DNA of 45,074 bases from a virus (lineage: Duplodnaviria > Caudoviricetes). Under the pieces are notes generated by a model, which saw only the letters and a list, made by a program, of their open reading frames with translations, ran no database searches and was not told the origin of the DNA. The translations under genes were made by a program, and so were the position numbers. The stretch lies in the IMG/VR virus record IMGVR_UViG_3300044674_002114, positions 1 through 45,074 of that record. One strand, 5' to 3'. Positions 9,264 to 19,084 of this stretch are shown in pieces. Within the stretch, counting starts at the first letter, position 1, and the number at the start of each line of letters is the position of its first letter.

Positions 9264-12200
9264 TGCCAGCAACGTGTAGCACTAAAAAAACGTGGCGGCA
9301 GCGCCTAAAGAAACTTGGGTGGGACTTCGTTTTGCCCGGAGGGTCACTTGCCCGCAGGTCCAAGGAGGCCTACGCTATTTCCGTTATGGCGAGGGGTCGG
9401 AAAATGAGCACTATGGTTCGCATCAAGCTGGCGCTGGCCAAGCTAGATGCGTCCTTTGCAGAGTCTAACGGCGGCTATGACAAAGTGACCCCGCAGCAAC
9501 GGGACGCGCTAAATAGGTTTTTGGGTGGGGAGCAGGAGGCACTTCTCGATCTTCCTGAGTCGGTGCAAAAGCAGGCAACGAATCTGCGCGGCATGGTGGA
9601 CAGCCTGACTATTAAACTAATCGAGCAGGGGCAGATTGACGAAAAACTTGTTGCTGTATTTCAGGAAAATACGGGCGTATACCTGACGCGAGCGTTCCGT
9701 GCCCATGCAGAGAGTGACTGGGCTCAGATCGTAAAGGATGCAGAGGCCGCTGGCGACACCGAGGTTGTCAGCGCTATGAATCAGCTTCGATCTGTGGAAA
9801 AGCGCAGGCTGGTAACAATCGAGGCTAGACGTGCGGCAGAAAAGGAGTACAAGGAGAAGTATGGCGTACAGGTTGTAACCATACCAATGAAGAAGGGGTC
9901 CAAGTGGAAGGCCATATTCAGGAAGCATAGGGCCGCAATGGAAAAGGCCATAGACCCCTATGGGCAGAGTGTAAACGAGAGAGTAGATGCTTTCCTTGGT
10001 GTATATAGCGGAGACCCTAAGAGCAAAAAGGCTAATGCGCTAAAGCGCGATCTCGGCATACTCAATAGAAGAAAAACCCTGAAGGACTGGGAGCGGTTTC
10101 TTCTTGGAGAATACGATTCGCCCGAAGCTAGATGGGTAAACACCATTGTCAAGCAGTCTGATTTGCTTCTGGTTACAGACTTGCTCTTGACCATGAAGGA
10201 AACGCTGGGTCCGGATGTTCTCATGTCTCCAGAAAGGGCGTTGTCCGAGTCAATGGAAAACCCGGTTTTGATTTCAAAAAAAGACAACCCGGCATTTGCG
10301 CCGCTTGACGGGTACCGCATAGATGCAGAAATCTATGACATGCTTAGGTATCACTTCGGGGCAAATGAGGATATGGGTGCGCTGCACAAGATCGCCCTCA
10401 AGTCAAACGCTGTTGTGAAGTTTGGCTTGCTCGTGCTTTCGGTCCCAACTCAAATAAGAAACTTGCTCAGCGCCGTGTTATTCCCCGTGTCAAACGGGCA
10501 TGTGCCGAGGGGATTTGCTAAAGCCACCAGAGTGTCGGCTCAGGCTGGATTCAAGGATCTGACCAAATCTAGAAGCAAGCTCAAAAATGCCATTGGGTCT
10601 GACAAGGAGTTTTGGTTGACAGCCAAGCCGGATGATGTGATTGTGTTTGGAGGCATCGAAACAACGGTAGAGAATGCTCTAACGGGTCTCGCAGAAAGGG
10701 GCGTTCTGAATGAAAGCGCTCGTGCTGGCGACGACCTTGGCAGGTTGCTAGCAATAACTGAGGAGAGCGAGATCAGAAAGCTATACGAAACATCCTCTGG
10801 TCTTGATGGCAAAGGTGTTGCCGGGAAAGTTGTCTCTGCCGCCAAGTCAACCGGTGAGAAGGCTTCGTCTGTCTATCAGGGTTCTGACAACATATTCAAG
10901 ATCATGTCAGCCGATCTCGAAATGCGGTCCCTCGCCAAGCAATACCCAGACAAGGCTGGCGACATTGAGTGGCTCATGGATCAGGCCGCCCCTATAGTCA
11001 GAAAAACAACACCCACGTATTCCGAGGTTTCTCCCGGTATAAGGAAGTGGGGTGTGCTTAACCCGCTTCTGGCAGCCTTCCCGTCATTTTCCTTTGAGGC
11101 GATAAGAAATGGGATCGAGATAGCAAGGCAGGCATTCAAGGAGGTAACAGAGGGCAAGGCGCAAAATAATCCTGCGCGAATTAGGCGCGGGGCGGCTCGG
11201 TTTAGCGGGTTACTTCTTGTGACCTCAAACTCTGTAGCGCTGCAAACGACGAAGGCTGTCCTTTGGCTTTCTGCGCTAAGCCGTTTCAGTGGAGACGATG
11301 AGCCGCCGGAGCGGATGTGGGACGAGTGGGAGTACAACAGCGCCCTTCGCAGGCTTGGCCCTGACTACTACAAGAACTCAGACCTTGTGGTGCTTGGCAG
11401 AAACCCAAATAACAGGGACGAAATCCTATATACAAACACCAGCTTCTTTAACATCCACAGCATTCAGACCGACGCTATAAAAAACCTCGCTAGAACTGCG
11501 TTCGGAAGAGACTGGGAGCAGAATACAAGGGAGTACACGCCAGATGACTACGCCAGAGACGTCGTTGGCGCAATGTATGAGAGCATATATGGCCTTATAT
11601 CCCCATTTGTGTCCAAGGAAGTGGCTATCCCGGCCATTCTTGAGGCCTTCAGCAACTCTAATGGTCGCGGTGGCACTCTCTACAACGAAGACGTTGACAG
11701 CGCTGCCGAGATTGTAGAGAAGCGGCTGGACCACATATTCTCTAGCACCCTCCCCACCACCATTAAGCAGATCAGAAGAATGGTGGAGGCCAACAAGAAG
11801 GACGACGAGGCACAGTTTGAGAGGGAGATGTCCGCGCTCTTTGGATTCAGGATCTCCAAGCTCAACCGGTCTTTTGCTGGCAAGGGGGCGTACAACAGGT
11901 ATCAGAATATCCGCGCCTCAGCCACCTCAGAACTGAAGAGATACCTAACAGAGGAGGCGGGGTTAGAAGAGGAGGATATTGTCAATAAAATCCAAGAGAC
12001 AAACCGGGAGTACCTCCGGGCACAGATGGAGCTGGATCAGGACGTGCTAGCAATATCCTATCTATTTGACTACGGGGACGTGGGTCAGACCTTGGAATAC
12101 ATGATAGATGACAAGATCATATCCTCCAAGATGGCACAAACCGTTGAGGATGGGTACTTCAAGGGTGTAGACACGCGATCCTTGCTGAAGGACACTGACG

Positions 12201-12325
12201 ACATACGCGCTAGAGACCTTGGATACCTAGGTATATATCTTCGAAACAAAGAGATCTTCCAGTCCCTAGACTTTGAGACCGAGATCGAAACGCCACCGGA
12301 GTATATGGCTACATTTCCTGACTAA
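9263..12325 (+). CDS. Large internal virion / ejection protein, 1020 aa
   Basis: Helical; motifs YLTRAF, SVPTQIRNL, DNIFK, P.Y, FPSF..E..RN resemble C-terminal regions of large podovirus cargo proteins; last gene before a terminator. Confidence 0.55.
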   Translation: MPATCSTKKTWRQRLKKLGWDFVLPGGSLARRSKEAYAISVMARGRKMSTMVRIKLALAKLDASFAESNGGYDKVTPQQRDALNRFLGGEQEALLDLPESVQKQATNLRGMVDSLTIKLIEQGQIDEKLVAVFQENTGVYLTRAFRAHAESDWAQIVKDAEAAGDTEVVSAMNQLRSVEKRRLVTIEARRAAEKEYKEKYGVQVVTIPMKKGSKWKAIFRKHRAAMEKAIDPYGQSVNERVDAFLGVYSGDPKSKKANALKRDLGILNRRKTLKDWERFLLGEYDSPEARWVNTIVKQSDLLLVTDLLLTMKETLGPDVLMSPERALSESMENPVLISKKDNPAFAPLDGYRIDAEIYDMLRYHFGANEDMGALHKIALKSNAVVKFGLLVLSVPTQIRNLLSAVLFPVSNGHVPRGFAKATRVSAQAGFKDLTKSRSKLKNAIGSDKEFWLTAKPDDVIVFGGIETTVENALTGLAERGVLNESARAGDDLGRLLAITEESEIRKLYETSSGLDGKGVAGKVVSAAKSTGEKASSVYQGSDNIFKIMSADLEMRSLAKQYPDKAGDIEWLMDQAAPIVRKTTPTYSEVSPGIRKWGVLNPLLAAFPSFSFEAIRNGIEIARQAFKEVTEGKAQNNPARIRRGAARFSGLLLVTSNSVALQTTKAVLWLSALSRFSGDDEPPERMWDEWEYNSALRRLGPDYYKNSDLVVLGRNPNNRDEILYTNTSFFNIHSIQTDAIKNLARTAFGRDWEQNTREYTPDDYARDVVGAMYESIYGLISPFVSKEVAIPAILEAFSNSNGRGGTLYNEDVDSAAEIVEKRLDHIFSSTLPTTIKQIRRMVEANKKDDEAQFEREMSALFGFRISKLNRSFAGKGAYNRYQNIRASATSELKRYLTEEAGLEEEDIVNKIQETNREYLRAQMELDQDVLAISYLFDYGDVGQTLEYMIDDKIISSKMAQTVEDGYFKGVDTRSLLKDTDDIRARDLGYLGIYLRNKEIFQSLDFETEIETPPEYMATFPD

Positions 12326-12332
12326 AAGAAAG

Positions 12333-12376
12333 AAGGGGGACGAGGTACACACACAACCTCGCCCCCCTTTTCCTTT
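12333..12376 (+). terminator. Intrinsic terminator, possibly bidirectional
   Basis: aaggggg-a-cgaggt / acctcg-c-ccccctt stem, ACACACACA loop, T-rich tail and A-rich 5' flank. Confidence 0.75.
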
Positions 12377-12540
12377 CACCTTGGAGGATTGTGAGTCCGT
12401 CTCATAGCTCTTGCTGGTCCTAGGATTCACCCAGCTCACACATACGGAAAGCTCACTATTGCAGCCTACAGCAGCATACCAAACATGTTCCCTGTCACTG
12501 TTTGCTCGACAGCGATTGTGAACAAAAACCTACATAGCTT

Positions 12541-13407
12541 ATGTGGACCGTAGATAGGCTTGGACCCGATGCGCACGAGATTAGATTTGAAGCCGCCTAC
12601 ACCAATTCCGAATGGGAGCAGTGGCTTCTGATAACAGGAGACCGCCACTGGGACAACAGGCACTCTGACTGGGATCTGCAAAAGAGACACCTTGAGCTAG
12701 CAAAAGAGAGGAACGCACCCGTCATAGATGTCGGCGACTTCTTCTGCCTGATGCAGGGAAAGTATGACCGGCGCAAGTCATCGGATGCACTGCGCTCTAT
12801 CCACCGTGGGGAAGAGTATTTCGACGATGTGCCGAACACGGCGGTAGACTTCTTTAAGCCGTATGCCCACCAGCTGGCAGTCATTGGTCATGGCAACCAC
12901 GAGACGTCTATTATCAAGCACCACCAAACAGATGTTCTAGCACGCTTTGCCTACACCCTAAACAAAGAGGCTGGTAGCAATGTGCAGGTGGGTGGATACG
13001 GAGGATACATCAAGCTCAGGTTCGTGGACGAAACAAACAGCAACCGAAAGTCGCTATGGCTTCGGTATCACCATGGGCATGGAGGAGGAGGAAGGGTCAC
13101 TCGTGGAACCCTTATCTCACAGCGCAACGCAGAGATATACGGCGATGCTGACATTGTTGTGACTGGTCACATACACGAGCGCTGGCGCATGGAGATTGTC
13201 CGCGAGAAGATAACGGACTACGGAAAGGTTGTTCTCAAGCCGCAGATCCACCTGTGTACATCAACATACAAGCAGGAGTACAACTTGTCGGGTGGATTCC
13301 ACTATGAACGCGGAGCACCACCAAAGCCTCTCGGCGGTTGGTGGGTCCGGTTCACGTGGGACAGGGCGTCACAGCATGTAGTCTTCCAAACGATGGAGAC
13401 GCTCTGA
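12541..13407 (+). CDS. Calcineurin-like metallophosphoesterase
   Basis: All five motifs present: GDRH, VGDFF, GNHE, HHGHG, GHIHE. Confidence 0.85.
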   Translation: MWTVDRLGPDAHEIRFEAAYTNSEWEQWLLITGDRHWDNRHSDWDLQKRHLELAKERNAPVIDVGDFFCLMQGKYDRRKSSDALRSIHRGEEYFDDVPNTAVDFFKPYAHQLAVIGHGNHETSIIKHHQTDVLARFAYTLNKEAGSNVQVGGYGGYIKLRFVDETNSNRKSLWLRYHHGHGGGGRVTRGTLISQRNAEIYGDADIVVTGHIHERWRMEIVREKITDYGKVVLKPQIHLCTSTYKQEYNLSGGFHYERGAPPKPLGGWWVRFTWDRASQHVVFQTMETL

Positions 13408-13417
13408 GGCAGTAAGG

Positions 13418-13471
13418 TGCATTTGCCATTTGCCAACCCTAAGGAATTGGCAATTGGCAATTGTAGTTTTT
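13418..13471. terminator. Hairpin terminator between the convergent arms
   Basis: ttgcca-t-ttgccaa / ttggcaa-t-tggcaa inverted repeat followed by gttttt. Confidence 0.6.
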
Positions 13472-13477
13472 GTGGTG

Positions 13478-14023
13478 CTACCGCAAAACTACGTACTCCT
13501 GAGGCTCTCCAAATCTCGCAAAGTCGCATGGTAGCCCATCTTGCAGAGCCTGAGCGATGGCTGTTTTGTCCGGTTTTCGGGTGATTCTGCTGAACTCGTC
13601 AGGAACCAATGACTCGTCCTCGATGATGACCGGAGCCTTCGCCTTTCTTACAGACATGCTCACCTTGTTGGGTGTCTCTGCCTTCTGCATGCCAAGTGCC
13701 TTCATCGATTGGATGATTCTAGACTTGAGAGTATCGACAACCCGGCGCTTGGTGTTGGCTCTCGACCTCATGGTATCCATCTTGGTCCGCAGGTATGACG
13801 CCTTGGCGTCGTAGGCTTCCGCGTCCAGCTCCATCTGTGCTATCACGATGGCGTAAGCATCCAACTTGGCAAGCAGGTCATCCTCGGCTTGGCTCAGCTC
13901 GTCCAGCAGGAACTCAGCACGCTCATCTATCTCACCAGCCGTCTCCTCAAGCAGAGCCTCGAGCTGGTGCATGACGTCCAGCTGGTTGGAGGTAAGGTCA
14001 AACAGGTTCTGTGTCTTTTCCAT
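13478..14023 (-). CDS. Siphovirus Gp157 family protein
   Basis: Coiled-coil N-terminus (NLFDLT..AKLDAYA), C-terminal SVRK..V.I.DE..VPDEF..PDKTAI..AL..G. Confidence 0.8.
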   Translation of the reverse strand: MEKTQNLFDLTSNQLDVMHQLEALLEETAGEIDERAEFLLDELSQAEDDLLAKLDAYAIVIAQMELDAEAYDAKASYLRTKMDTMRSRANTKRRVVDTLKSRIIQSMKALGMQKAETPNKVSMSVRKAKAPVIIEDESLVPDEFSRITRKPDKTAIAQALQDGLPCDFARFGEPQEYVVLR

Positions 14024-14420
14024 TGTCTTCGTGTGTTTTGTCGTAGTGTTCTATTGCCTGTCGCATGTGCGACGTTATCGCGGAGTGCGCCTCCTCGAAT
14101 GAGTAACACACCTCGGTCCTGTACCCAGCATCTTCGAGTCTAGCAAGCCACTCCTTCTGATTCTTGCTCGGTCGGTTGGGCTTGATCTTCATCTCGATAA
14201 ACAGTCCAGCGTGTCGCTCGGTCGGAGCCGCGCAGAAGATGTCCGGCACACCTCTCCGGACACCCTCTGCCTTCAGCTTCCTTGCTACGGATACATGCCT
14301 GTGCCCACCGTTGGGTATGGCAAAGATGTTGTTCCATAGCATGTGTGCACCGGCACACTGCTCTAGCCATTTAAACAGGATGACCTGCTCGTGATGCTCT
14401 AGGTCTTGTCGCTTAGCCAC
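13998..14420 (-). CDS. VRR-NUC domain nuclease
   Basis: EH.EQ, FAIPNGG.R, GVRRGVPD, FIEMK, Q.EW..L..GY motifs. Confidence 0.9.
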   Translation of the reverse strand: MAKRQDLEHHEQVILFKWLEQCAGAHMLWNNIFAIPNGGHRHVSVARKLKAEGVRRGVPDIFCAAPTERHAGLFIEMKIKPNRPSKNQKEWLARLEDAGYRTEVCYSFEEAHSAITSHMRQAIEHYDKTHEDNGKDTEPV

Positions 14421-14838
14421 GGTTCAGTCTTGCGTTGATGAGATCTGCCGCGTCCATCATGTCGTATCCACGGCTTTTCAGAATGTCTACTGACGCCTTG
14501 ATATTCTTGAGCACCTCCCTTTCGTGGTGAGCTCCACTTGCGCTAGGCATAAGCGCTATGCTAAGGTATCCATCAATGGTTCTAGCGGCATGTATAACTG
14601 TCGTGTGGTCTCTTCCACCGAAGCTCTTGCCAATATCAGCTAGGGACAAGTGCCTCAGGCAGACACATATCCACATGGCGATATGCCTAGCCGTGACGAC
14701 TGCCTGAAACCTCCTCTTGCCCACGATCTCATCCTGCGGTATTCCGCATACACCGGCGACAACAAACTTGACCTCTTCCGGGGTCGGTATGTTTTTGCCA
14801 GCGCCGATGGCTTCGTCTATCATTTGATTGGTAATCAC
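14413..14838 (-). CDS. Stand-alone DnaA domain IV (Bac_DnaA_C) DNA-binding protein
   Basis: GKRR..VVTARHIAM..SLADIGKSFGGRDHTTVIHA DnaA signature with no AAA+ domain; GTG start preceded by AAGGAGG. Confidence 0.9.
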   Translation of the reverse strand: MITNQMIDEAIGAGKNIPTPEEVKFVVAGVCGIPQDEIVGKRRFQAVVTARHIAMWICVCLRHLSLADIGKSFGGRDHTTVIHAARTIDGYLSIALMPSASGAHHEREVLKNIKASVDILKSRGYDMMDAADLINARLNRG

Positions 14839-15065
14839 TTAGAAACCTCCTTTGTCTTCGATGTGGACAGGGAGCCAAACACGTGCTGGATTATTGCCTC
14901 CAGCTCTGCCAGTGCGATCATGCACTCGGAGGATGTCTCGTCGTCAATGTCGCCAGCATACTTCGATACTACCTTGTGGATGGCACTGTGTGCATGGTTG
15001 ATGGCGCGGACTGTTGTTTTGATCTCGCCGTCTCTGAGGGTCATAGTTTTTGCAATGTGTGTCAT
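14835..15065 (-). CDS. Hypothetical protein
   Basis: ORF tiles the operon; CA-rich leader; GTGA overlap downstream. Confidence 0.7.
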   Translation of the reverse strand: MTHIAKTMTLRDGEIKTTVRAINHAHSAIHKVVSKYAGDIDDETSSECMIALAELEAIIQHVFGSLSTSKTKEVSK

Positions 15066-15074
15066 GGGTGTGTG

Positions 15075-15533
15075 TTATATGGTTTGCAGGTACTGCTTTC
15101 GGATCCTCTTAACGAGCAGCCACTTTGGCATCTCGTACTCGTGAAACTTGGACTTGCCGTACAGGTGTGTGTGAATGTCGCGCACGTGATCCTTTCTAGC
15201 TATGATCAGGGGCATCGAATCCATGTCGACAGCCTCCTGAAAGTGCTCGGGCAGATCGTGCAATGGGTCCACCTTCATCACCACCAGCTCCCAAGCGCTT
15301 TTGGGCAAACCGTAGTAGGTATCGAACCTCTTGTCGGCATTGCTCCATGGGTAGAAGATCCTGTCAGAGTTGAGATGGTTGCGCTGTATGCCTACCGTTC
15401 TGCGCTTGGCAAACAACTGCTCCCACTCAGCTAGGTTCTTTCCCGTTGCCAGCTTGCACGCCTTAGCCCGAAAGCCCCTGAGCGCCTCTGCTATGCCAAC
15501 GGTCTTTTGTGATCTCCATGCGTTTGCCATCAT
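15075..15533 (-). CDS. Hypothetical protein
   Basis: ORF tiles the operon and overlaps the stop of the SSAP gene. Confidence 0.7.
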   Translation of the reverse strand: MMANAWRSQKTVGIAEALRGFRAKACKLATGKNLAEWEQLFAKRRTVGIQRNHLNSDRIFYPWSNADKRFDTYYGLPKSAWELVVMKVDPLHDLPEHFQEAVDMDSMPLIIARKDHVRDIHTHLYGKSKFHEYEMPKWLLVKRIRKQYLQTI

Positions 15534-16090
15534 TCATCACCTATCAGAGCCTTTAGCCGGTCGATAAAAGCACTGACCTCTTTGCCAGTGCGATTTCCAT
15601 CGAGATACGCCATGCCGTCACGGCGTTGCTCGGCGGACAGCTTCGGGTTCTTCAGCAGGGATTTGGCAAAGCCTACCTGCTTCTCGCTAGCACCGGACGT
15701 GTAGCCGCCTCCCGATTGCTTGGGGCTAGAGGACTGCTGGTGTATGGCGTTGGCTACCTCGTCTGCAGAGGCGTACTCGGTCCCGGCAAGACCCACCGCC
15801 GCCAGTGCGCGTCCGATACTGCTAGTCTCCGACACCTCCATTGCGCTCGTGCGGTTGATCTGACTGGCTGACCGCTTTTCCTCTGCGTAACCAGTCCCGA
15901 CCACCATGCCTGATGGGTTGACCACCTCGGCTCTCATAATAACCGTGTCCTCGTCATGGTGGACAAGCGATGTCACGATGCCCCAGCCATCCTTGATGGT
16001 GTACTCGTTGCGAAACTCAGCAACCCGAAGGGCTACCGTCTTGTACTCCTTGCCGTGAATGTTCACGACGCCTGTGTCTTTTCTTGCCAT
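15530..16090 (-). CDS. Single-strand annealing protein (Rad52/Sak-like)
   Basis: GKEY..V..R...FR, TG.AEE, INRTSA.E..ETS.IGRALA..G, C-terminal ASEKQ motif; near Gp157 and VRR-NUC. Confidence 0.6.
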   Translation of the reverse strand: MARKDTGVVNIHGKEYKTVALRVAEFRNEYTIKDGWGIVTSLVHHDEDTVIMRAEVVNPSGMVVGTGYAEEKRSASQINRTSAMEVSETSSIGRALAAVGLAGTEYASADEVANAIHQQSSSPKQSGGGYTSGASEKQVGFAKSLLKNPKLSAEQRRDGMAYLDGNRTGKEVSAFIDRLKALIGDE

Positions 16091-16106
16091 TGTACTGCGT
16101 GTTTTG

Positions 16107-16126
16107 TGCCGCCTTACGGGGCGGCA
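16107..16126 (-). promoter_or_regulatory. CCGUAA-loop hairpin, copy 6
   Basis: tgccgcc CCGTAA ggcggca on the - strand, 16 nt before ATG 16090. Confidence 0.8.
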
Positions 16127-16135
16127 GATTGATGC

Positions 16136-16840
16136 CTATGCGAAGCGCAGGTTTACCTTGTCGCTGGTGTAGAAGTTGTAGATCGTTTCGATCAGATCCT
16201 TGTACTGGTCAGACGAAGTGCAGTCGTGCATCTTAGCACGCTGGCGCTCGAGCTTTGAGCGGAACCTGTCGTAGTCGAATTGTGGTAGATCCAGTAGGTC
16301 CATCATGGCGAACACAAAGGCTCGTCGGCGCACACCGGGGTACAGATCCTCAAGACCTACGATCTTCTCGGCATAGTCCATTGCCTTGGCGCCGTCTACC
16401 ACCGTGAACTCTCCGTTCCTGAAGTCATCAAACTTCCTTCCCTTGTAGGAGCCGGACAAGAGCCTCATGCACTCATTGTGACCGAGCCTGAAGCTATTCT
16501 TAAAAGCCCGGTAAAACAGATAGTGCTCGTTGCCCATCTCGCAGTAGCCTTCGAGGTAGTCGTTAGTGGTCCACCTCTTCAGGTTTGCATTTAGTTGCTG
16601 GACATCAGATAAACCGTATCCCTTGCATACCACGTAGTGCACCGGCAGACCGAGCTCCTTGGCGCACGCGAGACGGTGCTGGCCATCGATTACCTCGTAA
16701 TTCTCGTTTACCGTGATGACCGTGAAGCGGTAGTTTTCCCGCATGGACTCCATCAGCCTTGCTTTGTGTGACTGGTTGATGGACCGGTTTCCGGTGAGCT
16801 GCTTGAACTGGTTGTAGTTGGTTGTTGTGCGAATCTTCAT
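16136..16840 (-). CDS. ParB/Srx N-terminal-like domain protein
   Basis: GNR.IN..H...L..SM, ITVN, VIDGQHRL.A motifs; start moved to MKIRTT after a CA-rich leader. Confidence 0.75.
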   Translation of the reverse strand: MKIRTTTNYNQFKQLTGNRSINQSHKARLMESMRENYRFTVITVNENYEVIDGQHRLACAKELGLPVHYVVCKGYGLSDVQQLNANLKRWTTNDYLEGYCEMGNEHYLFYRAFKNSFRLGHNECMRLLSGSYKGRKFDDFRNGEFTVVDGAKAMDYAEKIVGLEDLYPGVRRRAFVFAMMDLLDLPQFDYDRFRSKLERQRAKMHDCTSSDQYKDLIETIYNFYTSDKVNLRFA

Positions 16841-16910
16841 TGTTCTGTGTGTTGTGTTGTGTGTGTATGGTGTGTTAGTAATGGGTTGGCGGGTCTGTGT
16901 ACAACGATGG

Positions 16911-18116
16911 CTAGGCATCGGTTCCCCCTATTTCGATCATCAGGCTTTTTAGCCTGTTCCACTTGAGCGGATCAGCCCGATGCAAGCTGTCTGACAGCGC
17001 GCACAAGGACCATTCGAATAGGTTAAATGCTATGCAAGCATCCTTGAGCATGTCTGTTATTCCGACCACAGATTCAGCATCGCCCCCGTCAAGTGCATCA
17101 GCTACCTCCTCAAGCATCGGCATCAAAAGCCCAGCCGCCTCTGTGTAGCTGGCTGTCATCATCAGGGGCACGAAATCAGAAATCAAGCCACCAAAGCCAG
17201 CGGTGCGGTGGAATACGCCAGCGACAAACGACATTCCAGCCATCTTATCACATGGTGACGCCTTGATTGGCGACCCGGCTGAATCTAGCATGCTTTGATA
17301 CGGTCTTTTCTGTAGCCTGTCGATAAGGTATCCAGCTAGATTCATGGGGTAATACATAGCGGCGTGCTCTCCTAAGAACTGACCCTGTGACGCCAACCCC
17401 ATTGAATCTAGGTCTTCTATGCCCTTCCCCTCGTCTAGGTAGTCCCTGACTATCAGCATGCCATCGTCATCCTCGGCAATCTCCATGCAGTATGTAGCCA
17501 TGTAAAACGCGGACGAGCCAAGCCTGTGATCTTCATGTGGGTCGATGGGGCAGGCGACCTCGTTGACAATGGCGTCAATGGAAACAGTCTCGCCGCTCGG
17601 CAGGGCTCTTTCCATCTTGTCCGACCCGGCTGACATGAAGGAAAGTAGCCTCCACTCGTCTCCCCCCATGTCCTCCAGTGTAATCTTGGTCAGTTGCCCA
17701 ATCGTTCCTGCGTCGGGATGAGATATGTGCAAGAACCCGTGCCCATCCTCCTCGGATATAACACCTTCTTGCACCTGCGGAGCACCGGAAACGGTGCATA
17801 GCTCTACCTCCCCATCAACTGGTCCCGGTCTCCATAGAATTGCCTCGATCATAGGGGGAAAAATGTGCTCCGGATCTATCTCTAGCGGAATATCATCAGA
17901 GCCGCAAGCCTCGATGAGCGCCTCCGACACCCTCTTTGATCGCGTAATGCACTCGGTCATGACGTGCGCGGCAATGGTTGCATGCGCGTTCTCCGTGGCG
18001 TCCAGCGCCTGAAAGATCCATGGCTTGGTGTCTCTTGTTTCCCGGCTGAATGACACCGTGGTCTCTGTCATGATCTCACGACCATTGACCTCTATGCCTA
18101 TAACATCGCGTTTCAT
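16911..18116 (-). CDS. Hypothetical acidic protein, 401 aa
   Basis: Start reassigned to MKRDVIG (AGGAGG SD, ATGA overlap); no family recognised. Confidence 0.7.
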   Translation of the reverse strand: MKRDVIGIEVNGREIMTETTVSFSRETRDTKPWIFQALDATENAHATIAAHVMTECITRSKRVSEALIEACGSDDIPLEIDPEHIFPPMIEAILWRPGPVDGEVELCTVSGAPQVQEGVISEEDGHGFLHISHPDAGTIGQLTKITLEDMGGDEWRLLSFMSAGSDKMERALPSGETVSIDAIVNEVACPIDPHEDHRLGSSAFYMATYCMEIAEDDDGMLIVRDYLDEGKGIEDLDSMGLASQGQFLGEHAAMYYPMNLAGYLIDRLQKRPYQSMLDSAGSPIKASPCDKMAGMSFVAGVFHRTAGFGGLISDFVPLMMTASYTEAAGLLMPMLEEVADALDGGDAESVVGITDMLKDACIAFNLFEWSLCALSDSLHRADPLKWNRLKSLMIEIGGTDA

Positions 18117-18628
18117 ATTGCCTCCTGTGTTGTTGTGTACTGGTGTGTGTTTGCTGTGCCGACACTGATGCCAGCCTTTGCGTCGCATGCTAGCATCATA
18201 ATCATAGGGAACATGGCACTGCACATGATCGAGATGGCTTCTGCCCACCCCTCCCTAGAGCCCCCGGCTGGGTGATCCATGCTGTACAGGGTCTCTGACA
18301 ACTTTTCTGCTTCTGTGTACATGCACGAGGGGCAGTCTCGCATCGAGCTCGTGTGCTCATACAGATCTCCGTCGCTAGGCGCAACGGCATCGTAGATCCG
18401 TGATATGATAAGCGCACGCTCTGCCTCGCTTGCCCCGGCTCCCTTTAGCACGTCTGCAAGCACGAGCTTGGCGCATGCCAGCGTCATGCTGTAGCACTCC
18501 TCCTGATTGCGGAGGTATGTGGACACGTTGCCCGATCCGGATCGCTCCGATATGCCAGCCGACTGCTCGGGCGTCACATAGACGTGCTTGCGCGCCAGCT
18601 TTGATGTTGTTGTTGCTGTGAACTCCAT
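18113..18628 (-). CDS. Hypothetical protein with a possible N-terminal ribbon-helix-helix
   Basis: RKHVYVTPEQ..I....G..NVSTYLR pattern; one CxxC; GGAGG SD. Confidence 0.5.
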   Translation of the reverse strand: MEFTATTTSKLARKHVYVTPEQSAGISERSGSGNVSTYLRNQEECYSMTLACAKLVLADVLKGAGASEAERALIISRIYDAVAPSDGDLYEHTSSMRDCPSCMYTEAEKLSETLYSMDHPAGGSREGWAEAISIMCSAMFPMIMMLACDAKAGISVGTANTHQYTTTQEAI

Positions 18629-19084
18629 TTATAAATCCTCCACGGCGGTTAACTCGCCGACATGTGTAACTTTGAACTCGTGATATTTGTCAGTCAGGTA
18701 TCTGACGGCAGACCTAAGGACTTCCTTGTGGTACATCCCCGGTATGAGCTCGACAGTTGTTCCTGCTTCGGATGGATCAACGAATTGCAGAACCTCATCG
18801 TCCTCTTCCCCTTTGTGGTGATGTATCACGCCCCAGTACACCACGCGCACTGCCCATGTGTCCGACGTAGTGCTACAGGACTTGCACAGACCGTACCCGT
18901 CTAGCTCCTCGTCAGCCTCGCACCCTATGCAGTGGTATTCCCGTATGCACTCCCAGCATGCGCCAAACGTGAGCTCCTCGTGGGCAAACTCGAGCTCACA
19001 GTGCTTGCACTCGATACCCCGGAACTCCGGCGGGGACAGCGGACCCACTCCGTGCGCCGTGTATCCAACTTCCATGTCATTCAT
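18629..19084 (-). CDS. Cys-rich double zinc-ribbon protein
   Basis: CKHC, CWEC, CIGC, CKSC; AAGGAGG SD. Confidence 0.65.
   Translation of the reverse strand: MNDMEVGYTAHGVGPLSPPEFRGIECKHCELEFAHEELTFGACWECIREYHCIGCEADEELDGYGLCKSCSTTSDTWAVRVVYWGVIHHHKGEEDDEVLQFVDPSEAGTTVELIPGMYHKEVLRSAVRYLTDKYHEFKVTHVGELTAVEDL

Noticed and set aside
5979-12325. Virion RNA polymerase (N4- or crAss-like) that might read the hairpins
   Set aside because: No DxDGD/DFDID or T7-type catalytic motifs seen in either large protein; a structure search is needed to exclude it fully
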